64,000 nucleotides of DNA from Octopus sinensis. Lineage: Eukaryota. The notes under the pieces were generated by a model. That model saw only the letters and a list, made by a program, of their open reading frames with translations. It was not told the DNA's origin and ran no database searches. A program made the translations under genes and the position numbers. Location: contig NC_043003.1 in NCBI RefSeq assembly GCF_006345805.1, positions 89,342,001 to 89,406,000 of the forward strand, in the 5' to 3' direction. Positions within the stretch are counted from its first letter, which is position 1, and each line of letters opens with the position of its first letter. This document shows, one piece after another, positions 1 through 15,349 of the stretch.

Positions 1-271
1 TCAAGGTGCTAACGCTCTGTCGAGTATGTACACTGACATTACACATCCATCGGAGCATACTGGCTTCATTCCTCACGAGCTTACGCATGTCCACAGCAGT
101 CACGGCCCATGTTTCGCTGCCATGTAGCATGACTGTTCGTACACACGCATCATACAGTCTGCCTTTTAGTCTGAGCGAGAGGCCTTTAGTCACCAGCAGA
201 GGTAAGAGCTCCCTAAACTTTGCCCAGGCTATTCTTATTCTAGCAGTTACACTTTCAGCGCACCCACCCCC
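1..271 (-). mobile_element. RTE-clade LINE fragment (C-terminal ORF region)
   Basis: Near-identical to 62705-62975 and 25960-26225; the minus strand encodes [25 protein letters not shown]-type sequence. Confidence 0.9.
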
Positions 272-287
272 ATATATATGTATGTAT

Positions 288-328
<41 letters not shown>

Positions 329-352
329 TATGTATGTATATATATATATATG

Positions 353-384
<32 letters not shown>

Positions 385-390
385 TGTATG

Positions 391-422
<32 letters not shown>

Positions 423-791
423 GTATATATGTATATATGTATATATATGTATATATGTATATATGTATATATATGTGTATATATATATGTATATATATGT
501 ATATATATATGTATGTATATATGTATGTATATATATATGTATGTATATATGTTATATGTATATATGTATGTATATATGTATATATATATGTATATATGTA
601 TATATATATATGTATATATGTATATATATATGTATATATATGATGTATATATATGTATGTTATATATATATGTATATATATATATATATGTATATATATG
701 TATGTATATATATATATGTATGTAATATATATATGTATGTATATATATATGTATATATATGTATATATTAATATGTATATATATATATATG

Positions 792-843
<52 letters not shown>

Positions 844-937
844 TGTATATATATATATATGTATGTATATGTATGATATTATATATGTATATATATATAT
901 GTATATGTATGTATATATATGTAAGTATATATATGTA

Positions 938-1164
938 TTGTTTTTGTTTGTTTTTGTTTTTCCAGTTTCAGCTCTTGAGCTGTGGCCATGCTGGGGCACG
1001 CCATTGTGGTGAAAGAGTACAGCAGGGATCACCACCCCCTGCCGGAGCCTCGTAGAGCTTTTAGTGTTTTCGCTCAATAAAACCCACACAACGCCCGTCT
1101 GAGAATCGAAACGCGATCCTGCGACCGCGAGTCCGCTGCCCTAACCACTAGGCCATTGCGCCTC
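938..1164 (-). mobile_element. tRNA-derived SINE with a CR1-like LINE 3' tail (copy 1)
   Basis: Minus strand: GAGGCGCAA-TGGCCTAGTGG (A box, 1145-1155), GTTTCGATTC (B-box-like, 1103-1112), then GGTGCCCCAGCATGGCCACAGCTCAAGAGCTGAAACTGG and an A-rich (CAAAAA)n tail. Confidence 0.9.
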
Positions 1165-1174
1165 TATGTATATA

Positions 1175-1205
<31 letters not shown>

Positions 1206-2437
1206 TATGTATGTATAATATATATATGTATATATATGTATATATATGTTGTATATATGTATGTATATATATGTATGTTATTATAGTATGTATATATATA
1301 TATGTATATATATATATGTATGTATATATATATGTATGTATATATATATGTATGTATATAATATGTATGTATAATATATGTATGTATGTATATATATGTA
1401 TGTATGATATATATGTATGTATGTATATATATGTATGATATTATATATATATGTATATATATATTGTATATATATATATGTATGTATTACACATGTATGT
1501 GTAGTATATATATATGTATGTATACACATGTATGTGTATGTATGTATACACATGTTATGTGTATGTATGTATATATGTAGTATGTATATATATGTATATA
1601 TATATATATATGTATGTATATATATATGTATGTATTATATATGTATGTATGTATTATATATGTATGTATATATATATGTATGTAATATATGTATGTATGT
1701 ATATATATATATGTATATGTATATATATGATGTATATATTATATGTATGTATATATGTATGTATATATATGTATGTATTATATATATGTATGTATCTATA
1801 TATGTATATATATATATATATGTATATATATATTATGTATATATATATGTAATATATATATGTATATATATATGTATATAATATATATGTATATATATAT
1901 GTATATATATATTATGTATATATTATGTATATATATATATGTATATATATATATATGTATATATGTATATGTATATATGTATATATATATATGTATATAT
2001 ATATATGTGTATATATATGTGTATATATATATGTATGTATATATGTATGTATATATGTATGTATATATGTATATATGGTGTATATATATGTGTATTATAT
2101 ATGTATATATATGTATGTATATATGTAGTATATATGTATGTATATATGTATGTATATATATATGTATGTATATATGTATGTATATATATATGTATGTATA
2201 TATATATGTATGTATAATGTATGTATATATATATGTATATATCTATGTATGTATATATATATGTATGTATATATAATGTTATAATATATTATGTTATATG
2301 TATGTATATATATGTATATATATATATGTATATATATATGTATATATATGGATATATATATCTATGGATATATATATATGTATATATATATGTATGTATA
2401 TATATGTATATATATATATATGTATGTATATATATGT

Positions 2438-2478
<41 letters not shown>

Positions 2479-2682
2479 TATGTATGTATATATATATATA
2501 TGTATGTGTATATATATATATGTATGTATATTATAAGATATATTATGTAGTGGTATATATATATATATGTATGTATATGCTGTATATATATATATATATG
2601 TATGTATATAGGTATGTATATATATGTATGTATTATGTATGTATATGTATGTTATATATGTATGTATGTTATATGTATGTAG

Positions 2683-2718
<36 letters not shown>

Positions 2719-3233
2719 GATGTAGGTATATATATGTATGTATATATGTATGTATATATATGTATGTTATATATATATGTATGTATATATGTATGTATAT
2801 AATATATGTATGTATATATATATGTATGTAATATGTATGTTATATATATATATTATATTATGTATATATATATGTATGAGTATATATATGTATGTATGTA
2901 TATATATGTATATGTATGTATATAGATGTATGTTGTATGTATATATTATATATATGTTGTATAGATATATATGTTATGTATATATATATGTATGTATTAA
3001 TATGTATGTATAGTATATCTATATGTATGTATATATATGTATGATATTATATATGTATGTATATATATGTATATATATGATGATGATGGATGTATGTAAT
3101 AATATATATATGTATGTATGTATATGTATATATATATGATGATGATGATGATGTGTATTATATATAGTGATATATATATGTATTGTATGTATATATATAT
3201 GATATGTATGTATTAGTATATATATATGTATAG

Positions 3234-3264
<31 letters not shown>

Positions 3265-3835
3265 ATATATATATATATTGATAGTATGTATGTATATATA
3301 TATACATATATATGTGTATATATATATATTATATATATGTATGTATATATATATATATATGTGTATATATATATATATGTGTATGTATGTATAATAATAT
3401 ATGATGTATATATATATATATGTGTATGTATGTATATATATATGTGTATGTATGTATATATATATGTGTAGTAGTATATATATATATGTGTATGTATGTA
3501 TATATATATATATGTATATATATGTATGTATATGTATATATGTATGTATATGTATATATAGGTATGTATATGTATATATATGTATGTATATGTATATTAT
3601 GTATGTATATGTATATATATGTATGTATATATATATATTGTATGTATATGTATATATATGTATGTATATATATATATATGTATGTATATATATATATATG
3701 TATGTATAATATATTATATGATGTATATATATATATGTATATATATATATGTATGTATATGTATGTATATATATATATGTATATATATATATATGTATGT
3801 ATATGTATGTATATATATGTAAGTATATATATGTA

Positions 3836-4111
3836 TTGTTTTTGTTTGTTTTTGTTTTCCAGTTTCAGCTCTTGAGCTGTATTGTTTTTGTTTGTTTTTG
3901 TTTTTCCAGTTTCAGCTCTTGAGCTGTGGCCATGCTGGGGCACCGCCATTGTGGTGAAGGAGTACAGCAGGGATCACCACCCCCTGCCGGAGCCTCGTAG
4001 GGCTTTTAGGTGTTTTCGCTCAATAAACACACACAACGCCCGGTCTGAGAATCGAAACCGCGATCCTGCGACCGCGAGTCCGCTGCCCTAACCACTAGGC
4101 CATAGCGCCTC
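3836..4111 (-). mobile_element. tRNA-derived SINE (copy 2) with a duplicated 3' tail
   Basis: Near-identical to 938-1164; the terminal ~45 bp of tail is present twice (3836-3881 and from 3882). Confidence 0.9.
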
Positions 4112-4115
4112 TATG

Positions 4116-4153
<38 letters not shown>

Positions 4154-4187
4154 TATGTATGTATATATATATATATGTATATATATG

Positions 4188-4253
<66 letters not shown>

Positions 4254-4331
4254 TATGTATGTATATATATATATGTATGTATATATATATGTATGTATAT
4301 ATATATATGTATGTATATATATATATGTATG

Positions 4332-4364
<33 letters not shown>

Positions 4365-4411
4365 GTATATATATGTATGTATGTATATATATGTATGTAT
4401 GTATATATATG

Positions 4412-4443
<32 letters not shown>

Positions 4444-4449
4444 TATATG

Positions 4450-4480
<31 letters not shown>

Positions 4481-4679
4481 GTATACACATGTATGTGTAT
4501 GTATGTATATATATGTATGTATGTATATATATGTATATATATATATATATGTATGTATGTATATATATGTATGATGTATATATATGTGTATATATATATA
4601 GTAGTATATATATATATATGTATGTATATATATATATGTATGTTATATATATATGTATATGTATATATATATATGTATG

Positions 4680-4742
<63 letters not shown>

Positions 4743-5417
4743 TATATATGTATGGATCTATATATGTATATTATATTATATGTATATATATATATGTATA
4801 TATATATATGTATATATATATATGTATATATATATATGTATATATATATGTATATTATATATATGTATATATATATATGTATATATATATAGTATATATT
4901 ATATATGTATATATATATATATGTATATATATAGTATATATATATATGATATATATATATATGTATATATGTATATGTATATATGTATATATATAATGTA
5001 TATATATATGTGTATATATATGTGTATATATATGTATGTATATTGTATGTATATATGTATGTATATATGTATGTATATGTGTATATATATATGTGTATAT
5101 ATATATGTATGTATATATGTATGTATATATGTATGTAATATATGTATGTATATATATGTATGTATTATAATATGTATGTATATATGTATGTTAAATTTAT
5201 ATATGTATGTATATATATATGTATGTATATATGTATGTATATATATATGTATATATATATGTATGTATATATATATATGTATTATTATATATGTATATAT
5301 ATATGTAGTATATATATAATATGTATATATATATGTATATATATGTATATATATATATGTATATATATATATGTTATATATATATGTATGTATATATATG
5401 TATATATATATATATGT

Positions 5418-5457
<40 letters not shown>

Positions 5458-5473
5458 GTATATATATATATGT

Positions 5474-5504
<31 letters not shown>

Positions 5505-5609
5505 GTATGTATATATATATATGTATGTATATATATATATATGTAGGTATATATATGTATGTATATATATATATTATATGTATGTATATATGTATGTATG
5601 TATAGTATG

Positions 5610-5642
<33 letters not shown>

Positions 5643-7048
5643 GTAGTATATATATGTATGTATGATATATGTATGTATGTATTATATATAGTATGTATAT
5701 ATATGATGTATATATATATGTATGTATATATATGTATGATATATGTATGTATATTATATATATTAGTATAATGTAGGTATATATATATATGTATGTTATA
5801 TATATGTATGTATATATGTATTATATATATATATATTATATGTATGTATATATGTATGTATATATTATATATATATATGTATATATTGTATGTATATATA
5901 TATTATAGTATGTATAGATATTATGTAGTATGTATATAGATATATATGTATGTATATATAGGTATATGTATATAATATATGTTATGTAGTATATATATGT
6001 ATATGTATGTATATATATGTATATATGTATTATATGTTATATATAATATGTATGTATATATATGTAGATATATATATATTGTATATAGATAATATGTATG
6101 TATATATATATGTAGTATAATATATATGTATGTATATGTATATATATATGTATGTATATATATATGTATGTATATATATATATATGTATGTATATATATG
6201 TATATATATATGATGATGATGATGTGTATGTATATATATATATATATGTATGTATGTATATGTATATATATATGATGATGATGATGATGTATATATATAT
6301 GTATATATATATGTATGTATGTATATGTATATATATATGATGATGATGATGATGTATATATATATGTATATATATATGTATGTATGTATATATATGTATG
6401 TATGTATGTATGTATATATATATATATGTATGTATATATATATATATATGTGTATGTATATATATATATATTATATATGTATGTATATATATTATATATA
6501 TGTGTATATATATATATATGTGTATGTATGTATATATATATATATATATGTGTATATATATATATATGTGTATGTATGTATATATATATGTGTATGTATG
6601 TATATATATATATGTGTATGTATGTATATATATATATATGTGTATGTATGTATATATATATATATGTATATATATGTATGTATATGTATATATATGTATG
6701 TATATGTATATATATGTATGTATATGTATATATATGTATGTATATGTATATATATGTATGTATATATATATATATGTATGTATATATATATATATGTATG
6801 TATATGTATATATATGTATGTATATAATTATATATGTATGTCTATAATATATGTATATGTTATGTATATAGTATTTATATGTAGGTATATATATATTTAT
6901 ATGTATGTATATATATATATGTATGTATATATATTATAGTATGTATGTATATATCTATATGTATGTATATATATATATATGTATGTATATATATATATAT
7001 GTATGTATATATATATATAATATATATGTATTATATATAATATATATG

Positions 7049-7086
<38 letters not shown>

Positions 7087-7236
7087 TATATGTTGTATAT
7101 ATATATATTATATATGTATGTAGTTAATATATATATATATATGTATGTATGTATATATATATATATATATGGATGTATATATAATATATGTATGTAATAT
7201 GTATGTATATATCTGATGGTATAATGTATGTATTAT

Positions 7237-7267
<31 letters not shown>

Positions 7268-7604
7268 ATAGTATGTATATATATATATGTATGTATATAT
7301 ATATATGTATGTATGTATAATATATATATGTATGTATGTATATATATATATGTATGTAATATATATATATATGTATGTATGTATATATATATATGTATGT
7401 ATATATATATATATATGTATGTATATATATATATATATGTATGTATGTATATATATATATGTATGTATATATATATATATATGTATGTATGTATATATAT
7501 ATATTGTATGATATTATATATAGATTATGTATATATGTATAGATATTATTGTATGTTACATATATATATATGTATGTTATACAATATAATATATGTATGT
7601 ATAC

Positions 7605-7656
<52 letters not shown>

Positions 7657-8455
7657 GTATGTATATTATATATATATGTATGTATATATATATATATATA
7701 TGTATGATAATATATATATAGATGTATGTCTATATATATATATATATGTATGTTGTATATATATATATATATGTATGTATATATATATATATGTATGTAT
7801 ATATGTATATAGATATAATATGTATGTTATATATATATGTACATACATAATGTATATCTATATATATAATATGTATGTATATGTATGTATATATATATAT
7901 GTATGTATAGTATATATATATATATATGTATATGTAGGTATATTATATATATATATGTATGTATATGTATGTATATTAATATATATTATGTATATGTATG
8001 TATATATATATAATATGTATGTATATATATATATAATATATATAATGTATATGTATATATATATCGATTATTATATTGTGTATGTATATGTATATATATA
8101 TGTATATATGTATGTATATGATATATATTATATATATATATGTATGTATGTATGTTATGTATATAGATATGTATATGTATGTATGATAGTATATATATAT
8201 AGGAATATACATATGTATATATTAGATATATATATATATGTATGTATGTATATGTATATATATAATATATATATATGTATGAATTATCATATATATATAT
8301 AACATATATGTATGTATTATATGTATATCTATATATATATATGTATGAATATATATGTAATATATATATAATAGATAATATATATATATATATAAATATA
8401 TGTATGTATGTATATGTATAGATATATATATATGTATGAATATACATGTATTAAT

Positions 8456-8486
<31 letters not shown>

Positions 8487-8830
8487 CATATATATGTATG
8501 TATGTATATGTATATATATATATATATGATGATATACATGTATATATATATATATATATTTATATATAAATATATATATATACATATATATGTATGTATG
8601 TATATGTATATATATATATTATGTAGGAATACATGTATAATATATATATAATATAATATATAATATATATTGTATGTGTCTATATATATATATTATGTAT
8701 GTATATAAGTGTATATACTATATTCCATGATGATGATGTATGGTAATATATATATATACTGTATGTATAATATATATTAGCTATATATATATGATGTATT
8801 ATATATATATGACAGTCATGATATATATAT

Positions 8831-10101
8831 AACACACTGGATCTCTTGCTTCACAAATAATATGGACTAATCCATAATGTGAAAAGTGACACCGACCACT
8901 ACGATCTCGGTACGCTAGAGCTGACTATACGGGTCCAAAACAATTTGTACCTCCCATAAGAAAGAGAGGCAACGGACCTGCAGAGCCTACCAGAAACCCT
9001 CGAAAGCTTTCCAGCTTGAACTTCAATAAGGCAAACTGGAAACAAATTGAGAAAAGAGATCCTCAAACAAAACTGACCTGAATGTCTCTCCTCGCCGGAC
9101 ATCGACATGATACTTCAACAATTCATGTCTGTAATGCAAGCCATATGCTACAGATGTTTCCCAGAGAGAAAGGCCACTGTACACAAGAACAAAATCCCCA
9201 GAGAGAGAAAAATTTTAATGAGAGTCGGCGTACAAAAATCTCAAATCGCCTAAACAAACAAATTGAAAGCAGTGAAAAGTCCCGCCTGAAAATAAAACTG
9301 TTGGAATTGAAAATTGTCTGCAACTCTCCCATGAGAGGAAAGAGCAGACAAAGAAGCCTGGGCTATAGAAACATAAAAAACTAACCCCAGAGCTTTCTAC
9401 AGGTATGCCAAGAAACAGCTACGGTGCAACTGTAGGATAGGGCCACTCCTTGAAAAGGATGGCACACTCACAGGAAAACCAATGAGGTAAGTGAAATACT
9501 GAATGAACAATTCAAGAGTGTTTTCACTCCAACCTTGGGCATTTCCAAATCAGCAATCCAACTGACTTCTTTACCACTGCAGATATAGAATCAGAGGCGG
9601 CGACGTTAAATTACATCGATATAAAGGAGACGATGTAATAAAGGCTATAGATGAAATGAAAAATAGACTCCAGCTATTGGCCACGATGGATTCCGGCAAT
9701 CCTCCTAAAGTATGTAAGAGAGTCTTAGCAAGACCACTGCAGTTCCTCTTTCAGAGCTTCCTTGCCGCTGGAAAATTACAAGAAAACTGAAGGAAGGTAA
9801 ATATGCCCATTCATAAGGAGGTGCAGCAGAGCGGAGGCCAAGAACTACAGACCTATCTCTCTGACCTCAACATCAGCAAGGTCATGGAACGAATAGTCAG
9901 AAGGAAACTAATCACCTTCCTTGAAGAAAATGACTTGCTGCCTGACACCCAACATTGGTTTCAGACCAGGAAGAAGCTGCTTAACTCAGATCCTGCAGCA
10001 CTATGACTGGGTTGCTGAAACAACTGCTCAACCACTCAATGTGTGGAAGTCATATATCTCGACTTCGCAAAGGGCCTTCGATAAAGTCGATCATGGGAAT
10101 G
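8831..10101 (+). mobile_element. CR1-like LINE ORF2 fragment (end of endonuclease to start of RT), heavily frameshifted
   Basis: NTLDL..FTN..SDH-like endonuclease end, YRPISL, and [26 protein letters not shown]...DFAKAFDKVDHG; overlaps in sequence with 17833-18050. Confidence 0.88.
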
Positions 10102-10201
10102 NNNNNNNNNNNNNNNNNNNNNNNNNNNNNNNNNNNNNNNNNNNNNNNNNNNNNNNNNNNNNNNNNNNNNNNNNNNNNNNNNNNNNNNNNNNNNNNNNNN
10201 N
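10102..10201. other. Assembly gap (100 N)
   Basis: Run of exactly 100 N, a typical placeholder of unknown true size. Confidence 1.
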
Positions 10202-12122
10202 GATTGCCCTTTGAGGTGCTTCAACTTTTATGATACCTTGTATTGTGTGGGGAGACCACAGTGGACAACAGTATTCAAGGTGGGGTCGGGCAAAAGTGGA
10301 GAAGAGAAGGATAATGGTGTGGATATCTCTTGACTGGAAAGTTCTGAGAATCCTGGAACACATTCTGCGGGCCATGTCAACTTTGGTGTTTATATGAGTG
10401 GCCCAGCTTACGTTGTTGTCCCACAATTACTCCCAGTCTCTGATGTTGTTGGACGCCGCGAGAGTTTCACCTGAAGGAAGGGAGTATGGGAGTTTCAGGG
10501 CATCCTCTTTTCCAAAGTGGATTAGCTCAAATATCCTCGTTCAGCAGCATATTGTTTTTTTCTGCCCATTGGATAACAGCCAGTAGATCTGACTGAAGGC
10601 ATGTCCGGTCACTCGCCTCATTTATGACCTTCTGTAGCTTGGAGTCATCTGCAAAGATTTTTATGTTGCTGTGCTTGATGTCATTAATGTCATTAATGTA
10701 AATGATGAAAAGAAGTGGGCCCAGCACAGTGCCTTGCGGAACGCCACTACTGACTTTGCTGGGCTTGATTTTACCCCTTCAACTACAAATGTTGAGATCT
10801 GTCTGTCAGGAAACACTTATCCATTTCAGTAACTTTCCAGAGACACCAATGTTGGATAGTTTTTTCAATAGGATCTTGTGATCGACCCTGTCGAAGGCCT
10901 TACGAAATCAAGGTAGATGACATCGGTGTTGGAGCCCTCTCCCAAAGCTCTCAAAATGTCCTCAAAGTGATGCAGAGCTGCGTTAGGCAGTCCTTCATTA
11001 CGGAACCCATGTTGGTTGGAGATCAGCCGTCTGTTGCTTTCCAGAAATTGGGTTATTCGAGATCTCACCACCCTCTCAAATACCTTGATGATATGAGAGG
11101 TGAGTGAGAATCGGACGGTAGTTCACTGCAAGGGACTTGCTTCCCTTTTTGAAAACTGGGACAACAGACTGGGACAGAAGGTTTTTTGGAATTAGCCAGC
11201 ATCCAGTGAGTTTCTCCACAGATTAGCAAGGGGAGATGCAAGTTGGGTGTCGACACCCTTCAGGACACAAGCAGGGAACCTATCGGGGCCTACTGCTGCA
11301 ATTGTGTTTTATTTCGTTTATCGCCGCTAAGACATCAGGGGCACTAAACGTTATGTCCGATATAGTGTGTTGGGGGTTGACATCACTGATACAGCCCAGA
11401 TCGGCCATATCAGGATTGCTGAAACCACAGCAGTATTGTTTCTGCAGTATCTCGGCCATGGATTTGGCATTATCTTGGAGAGTGCCAGTTTCGTCAATTA
11501 GAGGGCCTACAGTGGAGACAGTGACCCTGCGTTTCCTCGCAAATGAAAAGAACACTTTGGGGTTGAGTTTGATTTTTTCAATGGCCCCCTTCTCCTCAGC
11601 TGATCTTTGGTTTGATGAGGGTCTTCATGCATTGTAGGAGGTTTATTTTTTGGATTCAAGCAGTGCGATAGCCGTCAAATGGTGTGTGTTTTCGTTGGCA
11701 GTACTTTAGTTTGTAATTTTTTTTTTTGTTCTTTTATTTTTTCTGATAATGGTTTTTCTGTTTTGGGGGATTCTGCACTTTTTGTTCAAAGGTCTTGGTG
11801 GGGAGTGTTTTGCACATATGTCTGTGACGGTGTCTACAAAGATCTGCCAAGATGTTTTATGGTTGGTGGAGATGTGTGTATGTGTAAGGACCAGTCAACA
11901 TTGATAGCTCGTTCCTGATTGCATCCCAGTTGGCTTTATGGAGATCCATGTTGTCAATGGGTGCTGGAGGAAGGTGGGTGGAGGAAGGTCACTAGGTTAG
12001 CTTCGGCTGGTGGAATTTCTTGTTACAGAGAACCATGTCATGGTCTGAAAGAAGGGTTTTCCACTGTAACGTTATGTATAGTGTTAGTGTGGTTACTAAA
12101 CACTAGGTCCAAAATGTTCTGA
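10202..12122 (-). mobile_element. Second CR1-like LINE ORF2 fragment, degenerate
   Basis: Minus-strand remnants NQHGFR, DVIYLDF, VPQGTVLGPLLFIIYIND, FADDSKL and HLEYCCPLWSPH; the sequence differs from the 17833-19267 family. Confidence 0.88.
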
Positions 12123-12124
12123 TG

Positions 12125-14075
12125 TCTTATATATATGTATATATATATATATAGGTATATAATATATGTATATATATATTATATGTATATATATATAGTA
12201 TATATATATATATTAGTATCTATCTATATATATGTATATATAATGTATATATATATATGTATTATATAGGATAGTATGTATATATATATATGTATATAAT
12301 ATATATATGTATATTATATATATATGTAATATTATATATGTATGTATATATATATATGTATGTAATATATATATATATTGTTATATATATATGTATATTT
12401 ATATGCGTATATAGATGTATATTTATATGCGTTCTATATAATGCTATATTATATCGTATATATATATGCGTATATATATATGCGTATATATTATGCGTTA
12501 TATATATGCGTATATATTATCGTGTATATATATGCGTGTTATATATATATGCGTGTATATATATATGCGTTAATATATATGCGTGTATATATATATGCGT
12601 GTATATATATATGCGTGTATATATATATGCGTGTATATATATATATGCGTGTATATATATATATGCGTGTATATATATATGCGTGTATATATATATGCGT
12701 GTATATATGCGTGTGTATATATGCGTGTGTATATATGCGTGTGTATATATGCGTGTGTATATATGCGTGTGTGTGTATGCGTGTGTGTGTATGCGTGTGT
12801 GTGTATGCGTGTGTGTGTGTATGCGTGTGTGTGTGTATGCGTGTGTGTGTGTATGCGTGTGTGTGTGCGTGGTGTGTTTGTATTCGTGTGTGTGTGTATC
12901 GTGTGTGTGTGTATGGCGTGTGTGTGTTATGCGTGTGTGTGTGTATGCGTGTGTGTGTGTATGCGTGTGTGTGTGTGTGTATGCGTGTGTGTGCGTATGC
13001 GTGTGTGTGCGTATGCGTGCGTGTGTGTGCGTATGTGTGCGTGTGCGTATGCGTGCGTGTGCGTGTGCGTGCGCGTGTGCGTGTGTGTGCGTGTGTGTGC
13101 GTGTGCGTGCGTGTGCGTGTGTGTGCGTGTGCGTGTGTGCGTGTGCGTGTGTGTGCGTGTGTGTGTGTGTGCGTGTGTGTGTGTATGCGTGTGTGTGTAT
13201 GCGTGTGTGTGTATATGCGTGTGTGTGTATATGCGTGTGTGTGTATATGCGTGTGTGTGTATATGCGTGTGTGTTTATATATATGTGTGTGTATATATAT
13301 GTGTATATATATGTGTATGTATATATGTGTATGTATATATGTGTATGTATATATGTATATGTGTATATATGTATATGTGTATATATATATGTGTATATAT
13401 GTATATGTGTATATATGTATATGTGTATATATGTATATGTATATATATATGTATATATATGTGTGTATATATATGTGTGTATATATATGTGTGTATATAT
13501 ATGTGTGTATATATATATGTGTGTATATATATGTGTGTGTATATATATGTGTGTGTATATATATGTGTGTGTATATATGTGTATATATATATATGTGTAT
13601 ATATATATGTGTATATATATATGTGTATATATATATATGTGTATACGTATATGTGTATACGTATATGTGTATACGTATGTGTGTATACGTATGTGTGTAT
13701 ACGTATGTGTGTATACGTATGTGTGTATACGTATGTGTGTATACGTATGTGTGTATACGTATGTGTGTATACGTATGTGTGTATACGTATGTATGTATAC
13801 GTATGTATGTATATGTATGTATGTATATGTATGTATATATATATGTATGTATGTATGTATATATGTATGTATGTATATATGTATGTATGTATATTTATAT
13901 ATGTATGTATATATATATGTGTATATATATGTGTATATATATATGTATATATATATGTATATATATATATATGTATATATATATGTATGAATATATATAT
14001 GTATGTATATATATATGTATGTATATGTATGTATGTATATATATATGTATGTATATGTATGTATGTATATATATG

Positions 14076-14114
<39 letters not shown>

Positions 14115-14273
14115 GTATATATATGTATGTATATATGTATGTATATATGTATGTATATATATATATGTATGTATATATGTATGTATATATGTATGTATAT
14201 ATATATATGTATGTATATATGTATGTATATATATATATGTATATATATATGTATGTATATATATATATGTATG

Positions 14274-14306
<33 letters not shown>

Positions 14307-15055
14307 GTATGTATATATATATATATATGTATGTGTATATATATATATATGTATGGTATATTATATATATATGTATGTATATATATATATATGTATGTAT
14401 GTATATATATATATGTATGTATATATATATAGTGTATATATATATATATATGTATGTATATATATATATATGTATATATTATATATATGTATGTATATAA
14501 TATATATGTATGTATATATATATATATGTTGTATATATATATATGTATGTATATATATATATGTATGTATATATATATATATATGTATGTATAATATATA
14601 TATATGTATATATATATATAGTTGTATATATATATATGTGTATGTTATATATATGTGTATGTAATATATATATATGTGTATGGTATATATATATGTGTAT
14701 GTATATATATTGTATGTATATATATATATGTGTGTATGTAATTATATATATGTGTATGTATATATATTATATGTATGGTATATATATATATGTGTATGTA
14801 TGATATATAGGTGTATGTATATATATATATGTGTATGTATATATATATATGTATATGTATGTATATATGTGTATGTATGTATATATATCTATGTATGTAA
14901 TATATCTATGTATGTATATATATCTATGTATGTATATATATCTATGTATGTATATATATGTATGTATGTATATATATGTACGTATATATATATATATGTA
15001 TGTATATATATATATGTATATGTATGTATATTATGTATATGTATGTATATATATG

Positions 15056-15087
<32 letters not shown>

Positions 15088-15133
15088 TATATGTATGTTA
15101 ATATATATATGTAGTATTATATATATATGTATG

Positions 15134-15168
<35 letters not shown>

Positions 15169-15313
15169 GTATGTATATATATATATATAGTATGTATATA
15201 TATATGATATGTAGTATATATATATATATATGTATGTATGTATATTATATATATATATGTATGTATATATATATATATATGTATGTAATATAGCTATAGT
15301 ATGTATATATATA

Positions 15314-15349
<36 letters not shown>

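Larger units (their letters stand above)
272..8830. repeat. Compound (TA)n/(TATG)n microsatellite array of ~8.5 kb, interrupted by two SINEs and short (GAT)n islands
   Basis: Alternating TA/TATG units throughout; the ORFs here are only Y/I/M/V/C/H/T low-complexity translations. Confidence 0.97.

Noticed and set aside
1085-1164. tRNA-like sequence (also 4030-4111 and 40425-40500) as true tRNA genes
   Set aside because: No complete acceptor stem or cloverleaf; each continues into a SINE body and LINE-derived tail.
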